Positions 13,132 to 24,285 of a stretch of DNA of 64,000 nt are shown here, in pieces. The stretch comes from an uncultured Staphylococcaceae bacterium (GTDB lineage: Bacteria > Bacillota_I > Bacilli_A > ML615J-28 > CAG-313). Each line of letters begins with the position of its first letter. The first letter of the stretch is position 1. The position numbers were made by a program, and so were the translations under genes. Below the pieces are notes generated by a model. It saw nothing but the letters and a program-made list of their open reading frames with translations. It did no database searches and was not told the DNA's origin. The stretch is taken from positions 1,683 to 65,682 of the forward strand of contig CAYLLO010000002.1 of NCBI GenBank assembly GCA_964384805.1, in the 5' to 3' direction.

Positions 13132-15624
13132 TTAATATTCAATAGTGATATTAGCTTGACCATTTTCAATATAATTTACTTTGACACTAAATCCTGCATT
13201 TGTTTTATCATACCATTTGATATTAACAAAAGAATCTCCAGCGCTAAACAAATCACTATTTTCTGATGAATAACCTAATTCAATATCATTTCGACCATCT
13301 GCTTCTACTAATTTAATTAATAAATGGTCAGTATATGAATTATTGTATTTAGTTAGTTCAAAAATTGACCAACAATCAGCAGGATCATTTAAAGTAGAAT
13401 CAATATGATATATTCTAATACCTGAAACACTAAATAAACCGTTATTACCAGCACCTTGCGCATTTAAGCCATCTGGAGTATAAAAATCAATAATATAATA
13501 TTCTCCAAAAAAGCTTCCGTCATATTGTTTAAATACTATTACTGCATCACCGGATGAACCAAAACTATTTAAAGTCACAGTTGTAGTATTTCCATGAACA
13601 ACATATGGATCTATCCAACCTAACATAAGTTTACTATAGGCATTATGGTCACCAACATTATAATCCATCATATCTCCACCACCAATACCACCATCAGGTC
13701 CTGTAGAAGAATCATAATCATAATAGTCATCTAATCCAAGTAAATGACCTGTCTCATGAATAAGTGTTTCTGTATTTAGATTAACAGTTTGATTGTTCAA
13801 CTTATCAAAAAAGAATTCATAGCTCATAAACATATAAAAATCAGCTTCAACACCATCATAATATTCTTGTTCTTCTGTTAAAAACTCATTTGTGTATGCC
13901 CACCAGAAGGAATCACTATCTTCACTATATTTATTAGTGTAAACTAAATATATTGAATCAATATATCCGTCACCATTATAATCATAATCTTGGTAATTTA
14001 TTTGATTATCATAGTATTTTAATGCTTCTCTAATAATTGAATATTCTACACAATCAGGGTATTCATCAGTTTTTCCCGATTCATATTTTTCTAAATCTTT
14101 TAAATATTGTTTATATAGATTATCATAATAACTTGTAGTTTTACCTGTATTATAAGGCTTTAATACTGTACCTGAAATATCCAATTTACCATATGAACTT
14201 TTATAATAATAACTTTTCAAGCTTTCCCAACCCGTATCAGCACTTGTTCCAAAAAATGCTTTTTCAAGATTACTTACTATATTAGCTGGAGCTGTAGAAT
14301 TAGTAAATTCAATTGGAATAACTAACACTTTCGGATTACCAATTGAAGGCAAACCAATATTCACACCATATGTTGTATTAGTAGTTTCATCATAAGCCAT
14401 ATTTTTAATAACATCAAGCATTGGTGATTTTTCTACTTCTACTTTTGTAGATTCCATTGGTTTGGCTTTCACAACAACTTTACAAGTTGTATTAAAATCC
14501 CCATATGTATAAACGAAATTAAATGTTCCACTTTTACCTTTTTCATAATTATTGGTATTTACACTATATTGGGTTTTGCTTAATTCATTTTTAGTAGAAT
14601 CACTAAATTTTTCATATACTTTAATTTGAAGTAAAATATCCGCTAACTCTGTATCATAATCAACAGTCAAACTACTTTTCGATAATTCTATTCCTCTAGA
14701 AATTGCAGTTCCTGTATCTAAGGAAATATCAGACGCTGATGTTAAAACAATTTGATATTGAGTATAATAACTAATATGAACATTATTTAAATTAACAATA
14801 CTACCAATACCTAATGTTTTAACTTTATCAATTAAATTATCTTTAATACTACTACTTAAGTGTTTAGACATAAAAATATTAACTTTTGTTCCATCAATAC
14901 TTCCTTCAAAAGATATATCAGTATTAAATGAATTTGATGAAGGTATACTCTTAATTTCAAGTTTATCAATATTAACTAAATCATTGATATAGTTTTTTAA
15001 AGTTGATTGTTTAACATCTGTTAAATAAACATTTTTAACATTAAAGTTTTTATTAGATAAAGCTATACTTGTAATGTTGGAAATTTGATAAACTGTTTTA
15101 TAAATGTCAACAGCTCCACTTATTGTTACAGAGTTACCAAGTTCAATCAAACTACTATAATCACTAGTATTTCCCATATAAACTAAAATACCTTTTTCAT
15201 TATCGCTTAAATAAAAGTTATTTCCATATATACCAGTTATTTTCCCTTCAATTGTAACTAAGCTTCCTTTTTCAAGATTATAAATATCACTTATTTTAAC
15301 AGTTGTATCTTCATATTCTGCTTCATCAGTAACAATTTCGCCATATAACTTAATATTTTCTTGTGTATTATAAAGATAAGTTATTTTGTCCCCAGTTAAT
15401 TCAATATTATTGTACCAACCATTAAAAGATTCATTTTCTTTTATACTAGGAGTTGATAATACTATATATTGCCCAAAATAATAACTGTTAGGCTGTAACT
15501 CTACTTTCTCACCATCTACATAATATTCTATACTATATTGTTGAGAAATATTTATACATGAGGCAAGTCCAAAAGTTAGCAATACTAAAAGTAAAAAATT
15601 AATTATTTTTTTCATATCAATCAC
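13132..15624 (-). CDS. Secreted M6-family (immune inhibitor A-like) zinc metalloprotease lipoprotein
   Basis: 830 aa. It has a signal peptide with a lipobox (LASC) and the HETGHLLGLDDYYD motif (HExxHxxGxxD, the metzincin/M6 signature). Confidence 0.7.
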   Translation of the reverse strand: MIDMKKIINFLLLVLLTFGLASCINISQQYSIEYYVDGEKVELQPNSYYFGQYIVLSTPSIKENESFNGWYNNIELTGDKITYLYNTQENIKLYGEIVTDEAEYEDTTVKISDIYNLEKGSLVTIEGKITGIYGNNFYLSDNEKGILVYMGNTSDYSSLIELGNSVTISGAVDIYKTVYQISNITSIALSNKNFNVKNVYLTDVKQSTLKNYINDLVNIDKLEIKSIPSSNSFNTDISFEGSIDGTKVNIFMSKHLSSSIKDNLIDKVKTLGIGSIVNLNNVHISYYTQYQIVLTSASDISLDTGTAISRGIELSKSSLTVDYDTELADILLQIKVYEKFSDSTKNELSKTQYSVNTNNYEKGKSGTFNFVYTYGDFNTTCKVVVKAKPMESTKVEVEKSPMLDVIKNMAYDETTNTTYGVNIGLPSIGNPKVLVIPIEFTNSTAPANIVSNLEKAFFGTSADTGWESLKSYYYKSSYGKLDISGTVLKPYNTGKTTSYYDNLYKQYLKDLEKYESGKTDEYPDCVEYSIIREALKYYDNQINYQDYDYNGDGYIDSIYLVYTNKYSEDSDSFWWAYTNEFLTEEQEYYDGVEADFYMFMSYEFFFDKLNNQTVNLNTETLIHETGHLLGLDDYYDYDSSTGPDGGIGGGDMMDYNVGDHNAYSKLMLGWIDPYVVHGNTTTVTLNSFGSSGDAVIVFKQYDGSFFGEYYIIDFYTPDGLNAQGAGNNGLFSVSGIRIYHIDSTLNDPADCWSIFELTKYNNSYTDHLLIKLVEADGRNDIELGYSSENSDLFSAGDSFVNIKWYDKTNAGFSVKVNYIENGQANITIEY

Positions 15625-15651
15625 CTTTTTTTAATTAATAATTTATAAATT

Positions 15652-15680
15652 ATATTATCATAAAAAAGATGTTTTGGCAA
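15652..15680 (-). promoter_or_regulatory. Sigma-A-type promoter of the M6 protease gene
   Basis: Read on the minus strand: TTGCCA, a 17-nt spacer, then TAATAT. It lies about 30-55 nt upstream of the ATG at 15624. Confidence 0.5.
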
Positions 15681-15700
15681 ATATAATACAATATTTTCTA

Positions 15701-15732
15701 AGAGATTATCTATTTAAATTAGAGATTATCTA
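15701..15732. promoter_or_regulatory. Two copies of a 12-bp near-palindromic direct repeat (AGAGATTATCTA) spaced exactly 20 bp apart, just upstream of the -35
   Basis: Exact repeats at 15701-15712 and 15721-15732. The core AGATTATCT is an imperfect palindrome. Confidence 0.4.
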
Positions 15733-15860
15733 ATGATTTTTTAAATTTTTTATTTAATATAATAATTAATATATCAATTAAAGGATATTTCGACAAAAAT
15801 CATTAAGCTTTTAACTAACAATAAATCTAACTATAAATTTTTAATATTTTCTATAATTGA

Positions 15861-18107
15861 TTATTTTTTTAAATTACCGTTTCTTTGGTTTTTTTTAAAA
15901 ATGTAATATCCTACACCAATAATTACAATTATTATGCTGATTCCAATACTAATATAAATCGGCAAATAATCTGTAACTACCTGATATTTATCTTTTAATT
16001 CGACTTCTCCAATTAATAATTTATCAATTGTTACATCTATATTATTAGTGAACACCTCAACTACAATGTTATCTATGGCTCCATTAACTGTTACTTTTAC
16101 TAAATCATAATCTGTCTTATTAAATTTTAATATTGCGTCCGAAATTTGATATTTATGCATTATGCCATTTCCTATATCATAAACTAAAAAACCTTTAATA
16201 TTATATTTTTTATCTTTTTGAATATTTCCTAGTTTTAAATGATAGTTTTTTAAATATGTATGATAAATATTCCACAGTTTATCTTCTTCATAAACTTCAA
16301 AAACAAGATCCTTCAAAGCTTTATCTAAATCATTAATGCTAAGATCTAATGATAAATAATCTTGTTCAATTTCTTTTATTTGAATAGCTGGTGATTGCTT
16401 TAAAACCTTAACGCTTATATATTTATCAATTTTAAATTCTTTTGTTTGGTAAACTAATTTATTAATTGTATATTGATAAACACCTCTTTGATTAAAATTA
16501 TTTAATTCAACTATAACTTGATTATCTTCAATTGTAAAAGGTACTGACTCATTATTAATATAAACTTCTTGAAGTTTTTCAGAACTATAGTTGTTGATCT
16601 TAACTTTAACGTTTTGATTTTGATTAATAATATAATCAGTGTTAATAAGTTCTTCTTCTTTATTATAATAATCTTCCACAACATGGAACATAATCTTTTT
16701 TTGATTCCCATTAGCATCACTAATTACCAAAGTTTGTTCTCCAATATCATTTAAAGTTGCTCCTGAAATAACTGTTTTCCCATTGAGCAAACCATAACCA
16801 AAAAATTTTAATTTATACCCAACTGGATAAATATGTTCATTTAAAACATTTAAATACTCTTCGACAATTACGTTATTCTTTAATTCAAAAGTGGTTTGAT
16901 TATTAATATTAATTTCAAAAAAAGCCTCATATTTACCACTAATTTGTTTATTAAAAAAAGGCTCAATTTTCTTTAATTTTAAATCAAGCTTATGAATTAT
17001 TGAAGATATCTTGATTTCTGATAAATCATTCATATCTATTTGTTCATTAAACTCACCATTAAAAATATTAACGACAATATCTTCCTGATGTTCTATTACA
17101 TATTGATATATTGAAGCTTTTTGTAAATAATAATCTTGATAATAATAAATTGTTAAAACATTATTTTCTATTAATGCATATTCTAAAGAATTATTAATAT
17201 TTAATTCATATAGTGTATCACTCTTTGTTTTTAATTTAATTCCTTGTTTATCTTCCACTATTAAATAATCTAAATTATTATTAAATATCATTATACTTTT
17301 AGAATTATTTTCATATTGAAAATAATCTTTTTTTTGTAATTCACTATCCATAATATATATATGATGTATATCATCCGATTTTATTCTTACCAATAAATAA
17401 CCATTCAAATAATCACTACTTACCAATTCTTCAAATTGCCCATTATGATTAAAATAACAAGTGTTAATTATAATTCCTTGATTATTAATATGGGTTAAAA
17501 AGATTTTTTGTTCATTTATACTCCCCACATTCATAAAAGGACTATTTATACTATGTGCATCTTTTGTGCCAATTATATAGTAATTATTATCTTGTACATA
17601 TATTTTATTAAAATGCTCTTCACCTTCTCCCCCATAATAATATGTATGTAAATGTTTTAAATCTAAACTATATTTACTTATTACTGCATCTTTTTTAGAA
17701 CTACCAACAATTATAATTTCATCATTATTTAAAGTTACATCTCCAATCCCAGTAATTTCTAAATAAACATCATTAACCACTTTGTTTTTCTTATTTATTT
17801 TTCTTAAAATAAAACCTTGCTTATTTTTACTTATTAAATATAAAAAATTGGAGTCTTGAGTATGTGTAAAATATTCTTCTTTAATACTAAAAATTTCAAT
17901 ATTTTGGTAGAAATATTTTATTTCTTCCGCATTAGTTAATAAATATCCATCGATAACTTCTTTTACATCATAATTACAATTTAATCCTAAAACTTTTTCA
18001 GTTTTAACCTCAAAAAATTCGTTATTTTCTGCTTTACTTTCTAGTTGAAAAATGTTAAACATTCCCAAGCCAAGAGAAATTATAATTAATTTAATTATTT
18101 TTTTCAT
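15861..18107 (-). CDS. Large cell-surface protein with N-terminal signal peptide and C-terminal TM anchor
   Basis: 748 aa. It has a hydrophobic N-terminal leader and a single C-terminal TM helix followed by a basic tail (KKNQRNGNLKK). No recognisable enzymatic domain. Confidence 0.5.
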   Translation of the reverse strand: MKKIIKLIIISLGLGMFNIFQLESKAENNEFFEVKTEKVLGLNCNYDVKEVIDGYLLTNAEEIKYFYQNIEIFSIKEEYFTHTQDSNFLYLISKNKQGFILRKINKKNKVVNDVYLEITGIGDVTLNNDEIIIVGSSKKDAVISKYSLDLKHLHTYYYGGEGEEHFNKIYVQDNNYYIIGTKDAHSINSPFMNVGSINEQKIFLTHINNQGIIINTCYFNHNGQFEELVSSDYLNGYLLVRIKSDDIHHIYIMDSELQKKDYFQYENNSKSIMIFNNNLDYLIVEDKQGIKLKTKSDTLYELNINNSLEYALIENNVLTIYYYQDYYLQKASIYQYVIEHQEDIVVNIFNGEFNEQIDMNDLSEIKISSIIHKLDLKLKKIEPFFNKQISGKYEAFFEININNQTTFELKNNVIVEEYLNVLNEHIYPVGYKLKFFGYGLLNGKTVISGATLNDIGEQTLVISDANGNQKKIMFHVVEDYYNKEEELINTDYIINQNQNVKVKINNYSSEKLQEVYINNESVPFTIEDNQVIVELNNFNQRGVYQYTINKLVYQTKEFKIDKYISVKVLKQSPAIQIKEIEQDYLSLDLSINDLDKALKDLVFEVYEEDKLWNIYHTYLKNYHLKLGNIQKDKKYNIKGFLVYDIGNGIMHKYQISDAILKFNKTDYDLVKVTVNGAIDNIVVEVFTNNIDVTIDKLLIGEVELKDKYQVVTDYLPIYISIGISIIIVIIGVGYYIFKKNQRNGNLKK

Positions 18108-18119
18108 AAAACTTTTCTC

Positions 18120-20033
18120 CTAATACTTTAATTTAACAACTATAAAACCTACCCCTATTGCGAGCAAAGCTGGAATAGTGTATACCCATTGCCAAGTTTT
18201 AACATTACCGATATGATTATCGGTGATAGTAGGTATTATTTCACAATTCATTAATTGAGAGTTTTCAGACATTGTTTCAATTTCAATGTCATATGAAAAA
18301 GTTGGTTCTTCTGGAATATACTTATCTATTGATAAATTACGAACTTCAAAATTAATTATTTGGGTTTCACCTCGATATCCCACTAGCTTTAGTTGATAAA
18401 CCCCTTCTTCTTCTATTTGATAACCACTATTTATTAACTCATTATTTAAATAACCTAAAGAATTAAGATATATTTTTACTCCCAAATCATAGATACCCTT
18501 ATCTTCCACTCCACAATCTGCTAGTACCCTTACTTCTTTACTCATTATTAAAATAAAATCATCTTCTATAAAATACTGAACATCATAAGAACCAAAATAA
18601 TTTGTAACAACCTCATCAATACTTTTATTTTTATCATATGTTACTTTTTTACCATTAATAATTACCGAATAATTATGATAATTAGGTTTTGAAGAATCTA
18701 CTATCGTCTCTCCCAATGATTGTATTTTAAGATATGAAAGTTGATGAATCGTTATTTTATCTAAATTATGATTACTTTCAAAAATTTTATTGGTCAATAT
18801 TTGAATATTACTATCTTCTGATATTTTTCCTGCAATACGATGTTCATAAATTAATTCTAGTTCCGCATTTATTACTAAATAATCATAATAATCTGCTTCA
18901 TGATATAGTATAGTTAATAAACCGTCATGATATTGACTGTCTACATATTCTCCTATTTTAGGATATTCCTTTATTTTTATATATCCATCTTTTAAAGTTA
19001 TTTTACCTATCTCAAATATATCTTTACCTTCTAATAACACATAGATATTTTCATCATAAAGATAAACATTTTTTAATTCGACTTCTTCTGAATAATTCAT
19101 TGTTTTAGTTTTTAAATAATTACCAAGAGCATCAATATTAACCAATTTAAGTGTTTCTAAATCAGTTTGATAAACTAAATATAACTTATCTAAGTGGTTT
19201 AAAAAATACAACTTTTCAAAATTTACTTCATTCGGTTCCGTACCTACTTGAGTTATCTCATATGAATTTTTATCAACACTCATAATAAAATACCTTCCTG
19301 ATTTTTGATTTTCTAAAAATTCACCATCTGTTGAATCGGTTAATCCCATTAAAAGATAACTAGAATCAGTGACCTCTAGTTTATATGCTACATCAGTTGC
19401 CGTACCACCAATTCTTTTGCTGCAAAGCTTAAAACCATCACTCCGACAAGCACATAAAATGATATCATAATTAGAATATAAACTATTCCAAATTTTTCCC
19501 GTAAAAACAAAAACATCTCCATCTACCACAAGATCATTTATTTCTACTTCTGCATTATAATACAATTGGACCTCTTTAGTAACTACATTATCTTCTATGA
19601 TATACATATAAATATGCCCTTTATTATTTTCTACATCAGTTAAATATTTAACAATTAATAACTGTTTATTTTCATTTAAAACCTCTATTTTCTCTAAAAT
19701 CATCGGATAATCTTTAAACGTATTAATAGTATACGAATTTAAAGCAAAATATGCTTTTTCTTCGTTGCTAATTACTACCACTTTGCGTTTCACTTTAATT
19801 CCTTCTTCTAAAGATTGATAAAGAATTTCATATTCACCAGGTACATCACTTGCTACTTTATTCTCTATTATCACATACCCTTCAACTTCATAAAAAGTCT
19901 TATCAACATTTCCTTCTAAAATTATCAATGGTTTCATTTTTTCTTCTTCAATCGCATGTACTGGTATATACATAAAATACGCAGTAAAAACCATTAACGT
20001 AATCATCACTAACATTAAAATTTTTAATTTCAT
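18120..20033 (-). CDS. Large cell-surface protein with signal peptide and C-terminal TM anchor, paralogous in architecture to 15861-18107
   Basis: 637 aa with the same topology (N-terminal signal, C-terminal TM + KLKY). It lies in tandem with the previous gene. Confidence 0.5.
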   Translation of the reverse strand: MKLKILMLVMITLMVFTAYFMYIPVHAIEEEKMKPLIILEGNVDKTFYEVEGYVIIENKVASDVPGEYEILYQSLEEGIKVKRKVVVISNEEKAYFALNSYTINTFKDYPMILEKIEVLNENKQLLIVKYLTDVENNKGHIYMYIIEDNVVTKEVQLYYNAEVEINDLVVDGDVFVFTGKIWNSLYSNYDIILCACRSDGFKLCSKRIGGTATDVAYKLEVTDSSYLLMGLTDSTDGEFLENQKSGRYFIMSVDKNSYEITQVGTEPNEVNFEKLYFLNHLDKLYLVYQTDLETLKLVNIDALGNYLKTKTMNYSEEVELKNVYLYDENIYVLLEGKDIFEIGKITLKDGYIKIKEYPKIGEYVDSQYHDGLLTILYHEADYYDYLVINAELELIYEHRIAGKISEDSNIQILTNKIFESNHNLDKITIHQLSYLKIQSLGETIVDSSKPNYHNYSVIINGKKVTYDKNKSIDEVVTNYFGSYDVQYFIEDDFILIMSKEVRVLADCGVEDKGIYDLGVKIYLNSLGYLNNELINSGYQIEEEGVYQLKLVGYRGETQIINFEVRNLSIDKYIPEEPTFSYDIEIETMSENSQLMNCEIIPTITDNHIGNVKTWQWVYTIPALLAIGVGFIVVKLKY

Positions 20034-20154
20034 TTTTCCACCCCTTCACTTATAATAATACTGATTTATTTATGCTTTTACTTTTGGGAAAAATGGTTAA
20101 AAAAGAAAAAACTTCCAGAGTTTTTACTCTAAAAGTCTTCATTTTTGGAGAAAT

Positions 20155-21393
20155 TTACTTACTTAAACGAACTACATCTCTTGCGATAACAAGTTCTTCG
20201 TTAGTAGGAATAATATATACTTGGATTTTTGAATTAGGTGTTGCAATATTAGTAATCTTACCACGAATACAATTATCCCAATTTAATTCATTGTTAATTT
20301 CAACACCTAAGGCTGTTAAGCGACTACATACATGTTCACGTAAATATGCACTATTTTCACCAATACCAGCAGTAAAGACAATTGCATCACATCCCCCCAT
20401 TAATACATAGTAACTTCCAATATAGTCACAAATTCTCTTAAATTGAACTTCAAATGCTAAACGACATCTTTCAGCAAGTTCTTTTTCTTCAGTAGTTGCA
20501 CTTTCTTTTTGTCCTGCAATAATCGCATTTTCTAAATCACGAGAATCATGTGATAGCCCAGACATTCCTAAATATCCAGATTTTTTATTTAAAATGTTGA
20601 TAATTTCATCTAATTTCAATTTTCTTTGTTCAGCAATATAGCTAATTACTGTTGGATCCATATGTCCACTTCTTGTTCCCATTGGAAATCCATCAAGAGG
20701 AGTAAGTCCCATTGTTGTATCTAAGCACTTACCATCTTTAACAGCAGTAATAGATGCTCCATTCCCAATATGACAAGTAATAACTTTAGAACCAACAATA
20801 GGTGTATTAGTAGTTTCTAAATATACACGTGAAACATAGGCATGACTAGTACCATGTGCTCCATATTTTCTAACTTTATTTTCAGTATACCATTCATATG
20901 GAGTCCCATATAAATAATTTTCTCTTGGCATAGTTTGATGAAACGCTGTATCAAACACAACAACATTTAAAACTCCTGGTAATGCTTTTTCAAATGCTTC
21001 AATTCCCACTAAGTGCGCAGGGTTATGTAATGGAGCAAGTGGAATTAATTCTTTGATCTTTGCTTTGACATCTTCAGTAACAACTGCTGAATCACTGAAG
21101 TATGGCCCCCCTTGAACAACACGATGTCCTACCCCAGTTATTTCATCTAAACTTTCCACAATTTTTAATTCTTTTAGACCATCTAATACTAATTGTACTC
21201 CTAATGCATGATTAGCAACTGGTAATTCTCGATCTAGAACTACTTTCCCATCTACCTTAAAAAAGTAGTGAGACATCAAACCTTCCCCAATTCTTTCAAC
21301 TAATCCGCTGCAAATTAATTTTTCTTCAGGCATTTCTAATAATTGAAATTTAATAGATGAACTACCTGCATTAACAGCCATAATTTTACTCAT
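20155..21393 (-). CDS. ackA: Acetate kinase
   Basis: 412 aa. It has the acetate/propionate kinase N-terminal signature (AVNAGSSSIKFQL) and family similarity throughout. Confidence 0.9.
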   Translation of the reverse strand: MSKIMAVNAGSSSIKFQLLEMPEEKLICSGLVERIGEGLMSHYFFKVDGKVVLDRELPVANHALGVQLVLDGLKELKIVESLDEITGVGHRVVQGGPYFSDSAVVTEDVKAKIKELIPLAPLHNPAHLVGIEAFEKALPGVLNVVVFDTAFHQTMPRENYLYGTPYEWYTENKVRKYGAHGTSHAYVSRVYLETTNTPIVGSKVITCHIGNGASITAVKDGKCLDTTMGLTPLDGFPMGTRSGHMDPTVISYIAEQRKLKLDEIINILNKKSGYLGMSGLSHDSRDLENAIIAGQKESATTEEKELAERCRLAFEVQFKRICDYIGSYYVLMGGCDAIVFTAGIGENSAYLREHVCSRLTALGVEINNELNWDNCIRGKITNIATPNSKIQVYIIPTNEELVIARDVVRLSK

Positions 21394-21486
21394 AATTTTC
21401 CTCCTTATTCACCATATAATTGATATCTTTGTAGCTATATGAATTATATCACATTTTATAAAAATAAACCAATTATTTTATCAATT

Positions 21487-22479
21487 TTATTCCTCTAATT
21501 GTTTTTTTATTTCCTTAATAACTTCTAAAAATTTTTTTCTATCTTTTAAGTCTGGTAAACTAACAATATTAGTAGCCCCTTGTTTTACCTTATCTAAAAT
21601 TAAAATTGCTTTAGGTGCAGTTTGAAAAAAGCTTTGAGGCAAAACAATCAAAGATTTAATTAAAACTTTATCATTTAATATTTTTTTAAACTCACCTGAA
21701 CCAGGATGTTCAAAAAAATCAAAATCAATTAAGTACATATATTTAGTTTTATCATGTCCACTATCTAAATGTTTTTCAATCGCAAGATAAGGAAAATAAG
21801 TAACTCCCGCTTGCCGAAGTTTAGAATCATACAATGGGTCATCATAATCATAACTTGCTAAATCAGCAATTATTAAATCAACATTAGAAATGACAATACT
21901 TAAAGCATCTTGATTATAAAGAGTAGCGTCGATATCCATAAAATTATTAATTGTATTGGCATAATTAGCAAGAATATTACTAGATTCAATACCAACAAAA
22001 TGAATCGGTAAATTAATTTGATTATTAATATTTAATACTAAATTACCAACTCCATAATTAATATCTAATATTTGATATTTACCTCTAATTGGTTTTTGAT
22101 ATTTTCTAATAATATCTTGGGGTTTATCTACGTTTTTTAGTAATGACTCTATTAAGTAACAACAGATTATACTTACCGCATCAGGAGTAATAATATCTAA
22201 CGAAAAATTAGCATGTTTGAAACCTTTAATACTTAATAACAAAAAAACTTTACGCAATTCTTCTTTATTTAATTCTAATTTATCTAATTGTACAAAAACT
22301 TCATTTAATTTTTCAAGAGTTTCTTCTTCTAAATTAAGTGATTTTTCTTCCATATATGAAGTTAAAACTTTACTTAAACAATCTAAGTATGTCGTTTCTT
22401 TTTCTTCATAATATAGTAAACTTGCGTAATCCAATAAATCAGTCAATTGATTTATTTTTTGATTATCTACTTTCATCAT
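21487..22479 (-). CDS. YtxK-like class I SAM-dependent (N6-adenine-type) methyltransferase
   Basis: 330 aa. It sits immediately upstream of ackA, as ytxK does in B. subtilis. Methyltransferase-fold motifs are weak. Confidence 0.45.
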   Translation of the reverse strand: MMKVDNQKINQLTDLLDYASLLYYEEKETTYLDCLSKVLTSYMEEKSLNLEEETLEKLNEVFVQLDKLELNKEELRKVFLLLSIKGFKHANFSLDIITPDAVSIICCYLIESLLKNVDKPQDIIRKYQKPIRGKYQILDINYGVGNLVLNINNQINLPIHFVGIESSNILANYANTINNFMDIDATLYNQDALSIVISNVDLIIADLASYDYDDPLYDSKLRQAGVTYFPYLAIEKHLDSGHDKTKYMYLIDFDFFEHPGSGEFKKILNDKVLIKSLIVLPQSFFQTAPKAILILDKVKQGATNIVSLPDLKDRKKFLEVIKEIKKQLEE

Positions 22480-23728
22480 TATTTTTTCCTCTTATTTTCT
22501 TAACAATATCGCTTCCAGCAACATAACCACTAGTCCATGCCCACTGTAAATTATATCCACCACATTCACCATCAATATCTAATAATTCACCTGTAATATA
22601 TACTTTAGGTAATTTTTTTAATTCTAAAGTTTCTTTTCTAACTTCATTAACAATAACTCCCCCAATAGTTACTTGAGATTTATCAAAATCATAGGTTCCT
22701 TTAATATCTAAAACAAAATTTTTAAGTTTTTCAATTATTTTACTTAAATCTTTAATTGTAAGTTCACTAATCAAACAATTAAAATCAATTCTACAATCTT
22801 TGAGAATTTTATATCCTATCATTTTATTAATTAAGCCAATAAATAAAACTTCAACCATTTGATTACCATATGTTTGTTGCTTCTTTTCAAAGTATTTTAA
22901 TACATTTTCCTTACTCATATTAGGCAATAAGTCTAAACTTATAATATATTTATTATAATTATCTCTACGACGATTTAAATACGTTGAGGCTTGCATTAAA
23001 ACGATTCCACTAAAACCATCATTTTTAAATAATACCTCTCCTAATTCTGACCAATAAACTTTTTCCGTTTTTTTATTTTTAATAATAACATTACATTTAA
23101 CCCTAATCCCATCTAAACTTTTAAATGTATAATTATCAACTTTTAAACCGACAAGTCCTGGTATTGGTTTAGCAATTTCAATTTTAAAATCTTTTAATAA
23201 GCTATACCCACTACCATTAGACCCTAGAACAGATGATGACATACCTCCTACCGCTAAAACAACATAATCGGCTATAATCACTTCTCCTCTATTTGATTCT
23301 AATGAATACTGGTCATTAACAACATTTATTTTTTTAACTTCTACAGAAGTTCTTACCTCTATCCCTAATTTTTCAATCATTAGACGCAAGACATCTACAA
23401 CACTACTAGCATTTTCAGTAATTGGATAAACACGTCCCTCTGTTAAAACTTTACTCATTAAACCTAATTCTTCAAAAAAATTCAAAGTTTCAGTATATCC
23501 AAATCTTTTAAGTAGGTAATGTACAAAATCAGGGTTATTGTATTTATTATCTGACATCAACTCATTACTGAAATTACAACGTCCATTCCCAGTCGCTAGA
23601 AGTTTCTTTCCTACTCTATCTAAACGTTCTAAAATCACTACTTTAACATCAGAACCTAATTCTTTTTTAATTATAATACTAGTCATTAATCCTGATGCTC
23701 CACCACCAACAATCACAACACTTTTCAT
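22463..23728 (-). CDS. HI0933/YtfP-family NAD(FAD)-utilising flavoprotein
   Basis: Rossmann motif VVIVGGGASG. The likely true start is MKSVV at 23728, which has a GAGG RBS. The track ORF extends to 23779. Confidence 0.75.
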   Translation of the reverse strand: MKSVVIVGGGASGLMTSIIIKKELGSDVKVVILERLDRVGKKLLATGNGRCNFSNELMSDNKYNNPDFVHYLLKRFGYTETLNFFEELGLMSKVLTEGRVYPITENASSVVDVLRLMIEKLGIEVRTSVEVKKINVVNDQYSLESNRGEVIIADYVVLAVGGMSSSVLGSNGSGYSLLKDFKIEIAKPIPGLVGLKVDNYTFKSLDGIRVKCNVIIKNKKTEKVYWSELGEVLFKNDGFSGIVLMQASTYLNRRRDNYNKYIISLDLLPNMSKENVLKYFEKKQQTYGNQMVEVLFIGLINKMIGYKILKDCRIDFNCLISELTIKDLSKIIEKLKNFVLDIKGTYDFDKSQVTIGGVIVNEVRKETLELKKLPKVYITGELLDIDGECGGYNLQWAWTSGYVAGSDIVKKIRGKNNDESR

Positions 23729-23880
23729 AACATACCTCATATTATATACGATTATACCACATTTTAGTATTTTATGCATACTTATAAACTCCGTTTTTTA
23801 TAACAAAAAAGAGTAAGAATTTCAATTGTAAAATCCTTACCCACTTTTTGATTGTATTATTAGTTTTTAATAGTCCCTTT

Positions 23881-24285
23881 TTATTCTTTTTCAACTACAT
23901 GAACAAATGGTGATTTCTTATTATTAACTTTATTAATTAAACTATTAACTAAATCATTAACACTATCTATCGTTTTTTCTAAAATATGCGAATCTTCAGC
24001 CAAATGTAAAACTTTGACTTCATCATTTATACATGATATAAAAGCAATCGGCATTAACGTCATTGTCCCTGCCATAGCTCCTCCAAATGGAGGATTTTCA
24101 ACGCTTTCTTTTTTCATTTTTTGATCCATTCCTCCACTTACAAAACCACATTTGACTTTAGCAATTGGAATTAATACGCCATTACCAACATTAATTGGAT
24201 CACCAACAATCATTCCAACTTTTAACATTTGCTTTAAATTATCTAATGAAACATTTAATAAATTTGTAATTTGATGTTCTCCCAT
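23881..24285 (-). CDS. ytfJ: Sporulation protein YtfJ (GerW family)
   Basis: 134 aa with GerW/YtfJ family similarity. It overlaps the upstream ytfI-like gene by ATGA. Confidence 0.7.
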   Translation of the reverse strand: MGEHQITNLLNVSLDNLKQMLKVGMIVGDPINVGNGVLIPIAKVKCGFVSGGMDQKMKKESVENPPFGGAMAGTMTLMPIAFISCINDEVKVLHLAEDSHILEKTIDSVNDLVNSLINKVNNKKSPFVHVVEKE

